From contig NC_043001.1 in the NCBI RefSeq assembly GCF_006345805.1, forward strand, positions 130,510,001-130,574,000: 64,000 nucleotides of DNA, in the 5' to 3' direction. The DNA is from Octopus sinensis (Eukaryota). Numbering within the stretch: the stretch's first letter is position 1; the number at the start of each line of letters is the position of its first letter. Shown piece by piece: positions 55,031-64,000 of this stretch. A model generated the notes under the pieces. The model was not told the DNA's origin. It did not search any database and saw nothing but the letters and a program-made list of their open reading frames with translations. Position numbers and translations under genes: made by a program.

Positions 55031-55059
55031 ACTTACCACCAACACTACCAAAATCATTA

Positions 55060-55092
<33 letters not shown>

Positions 55093-55241
55093 AATTAAGG
55101 ACTGCACACGAAAAGTGGACAGTCAACATGCTAGATATAGACGTCAAATCGCCATTCTCCACAAAAAGTTTATGTTCTCAGATCAAACTCAACAAAACCA
55201 AAGCAATAAACAAGTGAAAAATATACGAAATAAATATTTAC

Positions 55242-55307
55242 CCATGTACTAAATTTAGTTTCAGCTGTTATTTTCCACAAGGAAAAGTGCAGCCATCATC
55301 AGCATGG
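55242..55307 (-). ncRNA. Type I hammerhead ribozyme, family 3 (left arm)
   Basis: Reverse complement of 55647-55712 with two substitutions in helix II. Confidence 0.85.
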
Positions 55308-55646
55308 TCCCATATAAAATGTAATTTGCTGGACTAAATGCCAACACGATACCGAAATATCGCGTGCATGGAGCCCGGCCTATTACATTTGAAATATATA
55401 TTTCAAATGTTTATACTTTTGGCGCGATGAGACCCGAGAAAACTAGCCTACAGCTAATAGTTAGCAGCAGTTAATTTATCGGTTAGAGAACAAATATTTA
55501 TAAAATTAAATTTAGGGTATAAATTGATATTTATCAATTAGAACCAGTGGTCTAGCATATTAAAGAAAGAATCCGAAGATTAAAATGCACGCGATATTTT
55601 GGTGTCGTGTTGGCATTTAGTCCAGCAAATTACATTTTATATGGGA

Positions 55647-55712
55647 CCATGCTGATGATGGCTGCACTTTTCCTTGCGGAAAATAACAGCCGAAACTAAA
55701 TTTAGTACATGG
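55647..55712 (+). ncRNA. Type I hammerhead ribozyme, family 3 (right arm); predicted cleavage after A55707
   Basis: ccatg-CTGATGA-t-ggctg cac ttttcc ttgc ggaaaa taa cagcc-GAA-ACTAAATTTAGT-A-catgg: canonical core, perfect 12-nt palindromic helix III, GUA triplet. Confidence 0.9.
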
Positions 55713-56006
55713 GTAAATATTTATTTCGTATATTTTTCACTTGTTTATTGCTTTGGTTTTGTTGAGTTTGATCTGAGAACATAAACTTTTTGTGGAGAAT
55801 GGCGATTTGACGTCTATATCTAGCATGTTGACTGTCCACTTTTCGTGTGCAGTCCTTAATTGGTATATATAAATATTTTAATCTTCGGATTCTTTTTTAA
55901 TATGCTAGACCACTGGTTCTAATTGATAAATATCAATTTTTACCCTAAATTTAATTTTATAAATATATATATATATATACATCATACAATAAAATATGAT
56001 ACAAAA

Positions 56007-56950
56007 ATTACGAGAAAGAAAATGGAATTCATGAGCCTCTATTCAGAGCCACTATGATCGTTTCGACCTGGTACCTAACAGGTGAGATGCGCAGGTTCTG
56101 TACAAACAGTTGTGATGCATCATAGGTGCAAATGTGTCTCCTCAGTTAACTTCTCAAAAAGCACCTCATTTTCCATTTGCTGCTTCACTTAAGTCTATAA
56201 CAATACATTTTAAAAAAATTGTAGCATGTTATGCATCTCCACAAGGAACTAAGATATGATTCTTCTCTTGTAAGGAATTCTTCATTATATTTTAGTTCCT
56301 TACGGAGACACATAAAACGCTACACTTACCAAAGCATATTGTTATGGAAATAAACGAAATGGCAAATAAAAAACAAGGTACTATTTTGAAAAGTGATCTG
56401 AGGTGCAGGAGTGCCTGTGTGGTAAGTAGCTTCTTTACCAACCACATGGTTCTGGATTCAGTCCCACTGCGTGGCTCCTTGGGCAAGTGTCTTCTACTAT
56501 AGCCTCGGGCCGACCAAAGCCTTGTGAGTGGATTTGGTAGATGGAAACTGAAAGAAGTCCATCGTATATATGTATATATATATATGCGTGTGTGTGTTTG
56601 TGTGTCTGTGTTTGTCCCCCTAGCATTGCTTGACAACCGATGCTGGTGTGTTTATGTCCCCACTACCTAGCGGTTCGGCAAAAGAGACCGATAGAATAAG
56701 TACAGGGCTTAAAAAAGAATAAGTCCTGGGGTCAAGTTGCTTGATTAAAGGCTGTGCTCCAGCAAGGCCGCAGTCAAATGACTGAAACAAGTAAAAGAGA
56801 GAGAATAAAGAGAGAGGAGATGCATCAGCACCTATGATGCATCACAACTGTTTGTTTGTACAGAACCTCACCTTCAAGATACAGGTACAAGATGGCTTGA
56901 AGCTATCATAGTGAATAGTCTCATGTATTTCATTTTCTTTCTATTATAAT
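56007..56950. repeat. Decayed inverted pair (arms 56007-56143 and 56814-56950) with hammerhead-like remnants, enclosing a SINE
   Basis: aggttctgtacaaacagttgtgatgcatcataggtgc versus gcacctatgatgcatcacaactgtttg..tacagaacct; both arms retain cac...GAA...ATCAT-A-gtg. Confidence 0.75.
56402..56800 (+). mobile_element. SINE family B, full length
   Basis: Match to 22842-23250. Confidence 0.85.
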
Positions 56951-57118
56951 GTTTATAAGCTCTACAGACATGAAGGAATTCCTGAATTAATTCAAGTAGC
57001 ATATACCGTCATACAGTTCTTAACATCAGGTAGCCAAATATTGTGAACAGGCTTTAAACAGCATACTACAAAATGTGTATCCAAATATAAAATTTCTACC
57101 TATATATATATATATATG

Positions 57119-57423
57119 TGGAGGCGCAATGGCCCAGTAGTTAGGGCAGTGGACTCGCGGTCGAAGGATCGCGGTTTCGATTCCCAGACCGGGCGTTGTG
57201 AGTGTTTATTGAGCGAAAACACCTAAAAGCTCCACAAGGCTCCGGCAGGGTGTGGTGATCTCTGCTGTAGTCTTTCACTACTCTTTCTCCCACTCTTTCT
57301 TCTGTTGGCCTGCTCGCTTAGCCAGCGGGGTGGCGTCATTCGAAGGCTAAAACAATGCGAATGCATTATGACCAGCGATGTGTAACAACATCTGATGGTC
57401 TGGTCGGTCACGTGATCACGTGA
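57119..57423 (+). mobile_element. SINE family C, full length (tRNA-like A/B boxes)
   Basis: tggaggcgcaatggcccagtagttaggg (A box) ... ggtttcgattccc (B box); TA flanks. Confidence 0.85.
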
Positions 57424-58011
57424 TATATATATATATGATATATATAATATATATCTTTCTTTTATCTTTTAATTGTTTCAGCCATGTGACTGTGGCACCA
57501 CCTTGAAGGATTTTAGTTGGACAAATCGACCAGAGGACTAATTATTTTTAAGCTGGGTACCTATTCTGTCGGTCACTCTAGCTGAACCACTATGTTACTC
57601 AAGAACAGCCCTGGTGAAACCGTCCAACCCATGGACAACAGATGTTAAATGATGATGATGATGATGACTACAATTTAGCTTCAGGAAGAGAAGCAGTGCA
57701 GAAAATCATGGCCAACCCTCCTACATTTGTAAGGTTGATGTGATTAAAGTCTGACTTTGATGTTTGTTCCTTACAGAGTATGGCAAGGGGGCACCCAATA
57801 AGAATGGTGCACACCAACAAATAGGAAGATGTAACATCACTCACCAAATGTACGCACAAACAACATATACACACAGGTACACACAAAAATATTTACATGC
57901 ACAACACACACATATATATATATTTTATACATACATAGAAAAATACATATACAAGTATACATACATTTAGGTATGCATGTGTGGGTGTGTGTGTCTGCAT
58001 GTATTTATGGA

Positions 58012-58062
58012 TAGACAGACAGACAGACAGACATAGATAGATAGATAGATAGATAGACAGAC

Positions 58063-58113
<51 letters not shown>

Positions 58114-58132
58114 GATAGATAGATAGACAGAC

Positions 58133-58169
<37 letters not shown>

Positions 58170-58230
58170 CAGACATAGATAGATAGATAGATAGATAGAC
58201 AGACATAGATAGATAAATAGATAGATAAAG
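58012..58230. repeat. (AGAT/AGAC)n compound microsatellite
   Basis: Direct reading. Confidence 0.95.
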
Positions 58231-58569
58231 ATACACACACACATATACATATGCCATATATATCTACACACATGCATGCATACACACACATATATATGCA
58301 TCTTCAGTTTCAAATACACATAATGTACTAACACACGATTGACTAGAAACAGCCATCAAATATAATAATCACCAATGGATACACCGAAACTTTAATCAAC
58401 GGGGCAAGCTGGCGAGGGTAATGGGAGTTCCAAGTGCAGGTCGGAGTTTTCACAACTTCGGTTGCTATAGGAGTGGGCGCTTAATGAAGAAAACGGTAAT
58501 GGTGATGATGATGACAAGAACCTGCAATATGATGATGACGACAATGACAACGACGAAAATGTTGATGAC

Positions 58570-58604
<35 letters not shown>

Positions 58605-60480
58605 AAATGATCCAATCTATTTTATCGTTTACCAATTACTGTGATACATTCTCAAAAAAAATTATGCGTCCACCCCTCTAACCCATCACACCTCATTGAA
58701 CAGAGGCTTGATCGACTCCACCACCCCATTGTGCGGCAAGAAATATTCTAGTTGATTCTTCTTCATCACCCAAAACGTTTTCTTCTTTCCTTCTTCCAAA
58801 ATTTCTTTTTTTTTTTTACCCAATTTTCTTCATCATTCAAAATTGACATGTTTTCTACATAAACTTAAAGGATTACTATTACAATTATAATTATAATTAT
58901 AATTATTATTGTTGTTGTTATTTTGAACTCAATATTGTTCTCTCTCCATTCGAACCCGATTCATACTGACATCTGTCTAAAGTTTAGCAACGGTCATTTG
59001 GTGAAAATCAAAAAATACTCAAACTTGGGGTCGAATTATTTCTGTTCCAATATCATCTATAAATGGATTTTGAGTGAGAGGTAGCAGAAGCAGGAAAAAA
59101 AAAAAAAATCTAAAGAAAAAAGACTTTGAGTAAAAAAAAAAAAAAGGAATCATAAAATAAAAACACAAAAAAAGGACATGTTAATGATAAAAACAAAATT
59201 ATAAAAAAAAAAATGAAACAGATTATTTCTTTGAATTCCCTAATTCAAATCCATGTTATATGGTTATGTTGAAACATGTTGTGACTGGAATTAGCTTCGA
59301 CTTCCTAATGAAAGAACCCCTTTATTTAGGAATATAATTATCATTAACTTAAGTGGTTCTTGGCTGCTTCTTTCATTCTTTTTGCAATGCAGCAGGCCCA
59401 TTGCATTAACTAATTACTTGAGCAATCAACAGAGGTCTTGGACTAATTTATTCTGTAATGCTACTGCAGTTACTGTTGTTGTTTATTACTGTTGTTTTCC
59501 TGCTGCTACTACAACTATTATTGTTGTTGTTCTTGTTTTTATGGCTACTACCTGTACTGTTAGAATATACATGTACAGATGAAACTAAAGAAATTTTCTA
59601 CTAACTTGTAAAAGTTTTGGTTTTATTTCAGAAATAAATTTTAAATTTCTAAGTAAAAGTGTGATTGACTGTGTGGCTGAAAAACTTGCTTTGCAGCTAC
59701 CTGGCTTTAGGTTCAGTCCTATTGCTTGGAACCTTGGACCAAGCAATGGGACTACTATAGCTCTGGGCTTGTGAGTGAATTTGATAGACACAAACTGTAT
59801 GGGAGCCAATCATATATAAATACATACATATATACGGATATAGTTATGCATATATTGGTACAGGACGTCATAATATGTAAATAACATGAAATACAAAAAT
59901 AAAGTTAGGTATGCAAAGAACGAGAGAAACAAATGTAAAACAAGAAAAGTAACATAAAAAAGGACCCTTCATCCGTTTTCCTTCTACTCCTTATTTTGAG
60001 CAATAAATGACAGTATAAGACTTTGAAGGCAGTTGCTCCTACGAACCATAATAAAATTTGGGATTTGCAGAGTGTCTTCCATATCAATTTGATATGGACT
60101 CTGGTAGAAATTATGTAATTAGAGGTTAATTTAATTGACTTACCCCTCCTTCAAAATTTCAGGCCTTTTGCTTATGTTACAAACAATTTTAAAATTTGGA
60201 AGCAAATTACAACCAGATAATATCACAGTACAGTTAGATGCAGGCACAGGTGTGTGGTTTAAGAAGTTTGCTTTAAAATTACTCAATTAGGGGTTCAGTC
60301 CCACTGTGTGGATGCTGTTAGCTGAGGTCCTTGGCTATAACCACAGGTCAATCAATACCTTGTGAGTGAAATTCTCATCCTTAGGGAACCCCAACTCCTC
60401 TATAACATGAAGAGGTGTCAACAAGTGAATTGCCAAGCCATCATCATCGTCGTTGTTGTTCTGCACACAGATTGTAAACT

Positions 60481-60880
60481 GTGCAGGAGTGGCTGTGTGG
60501 TAAGTAGCTTGCTTACCAGCCACATGGTTCCAGGTTCAGTCCCACTGCGTGGCATCTTGGGCAAGTGTCTTCTGCTATAGCCCCGGGCCGACCAATGCCT
60601 TGTGAGTGGATTTGGTAGACGGAAACTGAAAGAAGCCTGTCGTATATATGTATATATATATAAGTGTGTGTGTATATGTTTGACCCCCTAGCATTGCTTG
60701 ACAACCGATGCTGGTGTGTTTACGTCCCCGTCACTTAGCGGTTTGGCAAAAGAAACTGATAGAATAAGTACTGGGCTTACAAAGAATAAGTCCGGGGTCG
60801 ATTTGCTCGACTAAAGGCGGTGCTCCAGCATGACCGCAGTCAAATGACTGAAACAGGTAAAAGAGTAAAAGAGTAAAAGA
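60481..60880 (+). mobile_element. SINE family B, full length
   Basis: Match to 22842-23250. Confidence 0.85.
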
Positions 60881-62009
60881 GTTATTCACACAAACAGATT
60901 TGTTTGCTTGCTGCTTTCCTGAAAGCATTTTTGAAGCTATTTATCTTTTGATAGCCTGAGTATTATTACCATCTTTGGGAAACAGGTGAAGCTTTCATCA
61001 GAAGAGCATTCAATCACAGAAAATCTCAGCCTCAATGTATTCTTGACTGACCAAAGAAAACAGGGAAAATAGTTATCAAAATGATGACGATGATATAATT
61101 ATATAATACTGTGATGACGGTGATGATTATAATTATACGATACTGTGATGACGATGATATCAAGAACAAAATTATAGTAAAGAAAATTTATCTTCTTTGG
61201 AAGCACTCTCCTAGCACAATTAGAATATACACATACCCAGCATCTTAATTGCATTCCATGTCAATTTGATATGGACTCTGGTAGAAATTACATAATTAGA
61301 GGTTAAATGTGATATCCATATTTGACATATCTTACATGAAACATCCGCCACAAGGTAGATGTCTTGCTCTGCCATGAGTGATCATCATCACTTTTGACAG
61401 ATTTTTGATTATATTTCTCTTTGATCATACCTACCGTTTAATTTTCCATCATTAAATAGATATCATTATATTTACTGATATTAGTATTACAAATCTAGAA
61501 TAAGATTTGAGTGAGAAAAAAAAATAATATTGAAAATAGTGTTAAGCAATGACTAATGCCTATTTTCTTTTCACTTTTTCAGCAGGAATGAGAGATAACT
61601 CTGCATATGTTTCTGCCTTATTTTGTCATTCCCATCTTCAGGAACCCCCATTTTTATTATAAAATGTAGATATGAAAGCAAATGCACTACTAAGTTATTG
61701 CCATCATCATCGCCACCACCACCACCACCACCACCACCACCACCAACACCAACACCACCACCATTTTAATGTCCACTTTTTCATATTTGCATGGGTCAAA
61801 TAAAGTTTACTGAGGCAGATTTTCTACAGCTGAATGGCCTTCCTGTTGCCAGCTCTCTCATCTCAAAGCAAGGCATTATTTTCCCATGATCATACATTTT
61901 TCATGTGGCACAAGTACACACACACAAACTCACACTCACTCACACACATGCACACACACACACATACACACAGATACATACATACATACATGTATACATA
62001 TACATAATC

Positions 62010-62220
62010 TTTTCTACTCTAGGCACAAGGCCCAAAATTTTGTGGGAGCGGACCAGTTGATTAGATCGAACTCAGTACGAAACTCGTACTTAATTTATCG
62101 ACCCCGAAAGGATGAAAGGCAAAGTCAACCACAGAGGAATTTGAACTCGGAGCGTAAAGACAGGTCAAATAACGCTAAGCATTTTGTCCAGCATGCTAAC
62201 ATTTCTGCCAGCTCACCACT
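62010..62220 (-). mobile_element. SINE family A (diverged)
   Basis: Reverse complement of the family A core. Confidence 0.75.
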
Positions 62221-62394
62221 CTATATATATACACATACATAATGTTAGCTCAGAGGTTCTCAAACTTTTTGGGCCACTGCTCCTCCTCATGGCTACATAA
62301 TACCCTAAGTGCCTCCACCCTTATTTTTATGCATAAATAATTATTTTATATATTAAAATCGAAATCAAAATCAAAGTGAAATTCAATCATGGGC

Positions 62395-62768
62395 ACGAGC
62401 ACCATACGAGTGTGATCGTTGACAGAGTGGCTAACTGGCTTCTGTGCCAGTGGCACATAAAAGGCACCATTCGAGTGTGATCGTTACCAGCTTTGCCTTA
62501 CTGGTACTTGTACCTCGTGCTTGTAGGGTGCTAAGAGCACTATCTGAGCGTGATCGTTGCCAGAGTGGCTAACTGGCTTCCGTGCAGGTGGCATGTAGGA
62601 GGCACCATTTGAGTGGGATCGTTACCAGCATCGCCTTACTGGCACCTGTGCCATTGGCATGGGTAAAAAAAAAAGAATTCGAGTGAGGTGGTTGCCAGTA
62701 CCGCCTGACTGGCCCCCCATGCCGGTGGCACGTAAAAGCACCCATTACACTCTCGGAGTGGTTGGCGT
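62395..62768 (+). mobile_element. SINE-like family D 5' region with several internal tandem subrepeats
   Basis: Recurrent gagtgtgatcgttg/accag...tggcac...aaaagcaccat units. Confidence 0.65.
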
Positions 62769-62898
62769 GTATACATAATTATGATACAATAAATTCACAG
62801 CATCCCCCAATTCACTGCCTTCCTCCCAATGCCTCCATTTTATTTACTGCCCTCTTAGATACCAGCACCCACCTGGACCATCTCAACGCCCACCAGGT

Positions 62899-63124
62899 GG
62901 CGGTAGAAACGTTAGCACGCCGGGCGAAATGCGTAGCCGTATTTCGTCTGTCGTTACGTTGTGAGTTCAAATTCCGCCGAGGTCGACTTTGCCTTTCATC
63001 CTTTCGGGGTCGATAAATTAAGTACAATTTACGCACTGGGGTCGATGGAATCGACTTAATACCTATGTCTGTCCTTGTTTGTCCCCTCTATGTTTAGCCC
63101 CTTGTGGGTAATAAAGAAATAGGT
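62899..63124 (+). mobile_element. SINE family A
   Basis: Match to 38766-38997. Confidence 0.85.
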
Positions 63125-63881
63125 AGCACCCACTTTGAGAATTTATGTGTTAGCTGATGAAGTTTTACCACATAAAACACACACACACACAACAGACTTC
63201 TTTCAGTTTCCATCAGCCACATTAAATCACGAGGCTTTTTGTCATAAACATAAAAATTCTGCTCTCCTCTCTGCATAACACTCTTATGAATTTGCCTCAT
63301 TATGTTTTGTGAGCTCAAAAGATTTTCAAAGGATATTCTTTTGTTATATTAGATCCAATGTCAGTACTTCACAATAATATTATTATTAATGGAAGTCCAG
63401 TAAGGTGAAACATTTGTACACAAAATTCCAAGAACCAGTACATATATCAGAATGTATTTCCTTTGATGCTCCCACAATTCTGTTAATGCCATGTTCTTAG
63501 CTGCTGTTTTATTTATCAACTCTAAAAATGATGTAGATCAGAGATGGGCAAAGTGAGATTTGAACATAATATACAGAGAGCTTGACCAAATACCACTAAG
63601 TGTTCTATTGGTATATAAATAAAGGAGAACTATTTAGAAATTAAACAATGTTGAAGCTTGTTTTGTATCCTAGCAGAGAGTTAATATGGGGGATATAATC
63701 ATTTTTTCATAATATTTGGCAAGATTAGAAGCTTGAAACTGAAATGAAGGAAGAAGGGAAAAGATGGATATAATATATATTTAATTTTTTTTATTGTTGC
63801 CTACTATTACGAAGTAATAAAAATGTCTAGTCAGTGGTGATAATATATAGGACTATTTCATTCTTTTTAGAAATTGTCAGT

Positions 63882-64000
63882 AGTGGTTGTGTGGTAAGTA
63901 GCTTGCTAACCAACCACATGGTTCCGGGTTCAGTCCAACTGCATGGCATCTTGGGCAAGTGTCTTCTGCTATAGCCCCGGGCCGACCAATGCCTTGTGAG
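63882..64000 (+). mobile_element. SINE family B head, cut by the window end
   Basis: gtggttgtgtggtaagtagcttgc...ggcatcttgggcaagtg. Confidence 0.8.

Larger units (their letters stand above)
55091..55967. mobile_element. Fold-back hammerhead element (retrozyme-like family 3, monomer about 508 bp): A-B-C then inverted A'-C'
   Basis: A 55091-55369 equals rc 55585-55863 (few mismatches); C 55494-55586 equals rc of about 55876-55967; (TA)n on both flanks. Confidence 0.88.

Noticed and set aside
54497-55217. Poly-Ser, poly-Leu and poly-Thr ORFs
   Set aside because: Translation of (CTA)n.
57119-57195. tRNA gene
   Set aside because: A and B boxes are present but continue into a SINE body with multiple copies; no proper cloverleaf acceptor stem.
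58400-58500. GC-richer island as a possible terminal exon
   Set aside because: Short open frames without recognisable motifs.

Overview
Eukaryotic, very AT-rich, repeat-saturated DNA with no host protein-coding gene that I can support (intronic or intergenic), plus one 100-N scaffold gap at 14063-14162. The SINE families and microsatellite load suggest an octopus genome (inference from recognition, not a search). Conventional content: three stacked R4/Dong-like RLE non-LTR retrotransposon relics (about 2.8-6.8 kb), a full-length decayed Tc1 element (27636-28915), a mariner relic, MITEs, two Penelope-like element (PLE) fragments, four abundant SINE-like families and many microsatellites. Main discovery: three sequence-unrelated repeat families (monomers of about 545, 480 and 508 bp) each carry a type I hammerhead ribozyme with a palindromic helix III. 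Each sits in a (TA)n microsatellite as a tandem multimer with exactly one internal strand switch, always with the same polarity (ribozyme sense pointing outward from the junction). Three older, decayed inverted pairs show the same polarity, and a GIY-YIG PLE relic in the window has a similar hammerhead in its 3' UTR. This looks like a retrozyme-type system (circular or multimeric self-cleaving RNA) mobilised by PLE machinery through twin priming at TA repeats. Ribozyme folds were read by eye, and activity and novelty are untested. SINE and microsatellite boundaries are approximate.
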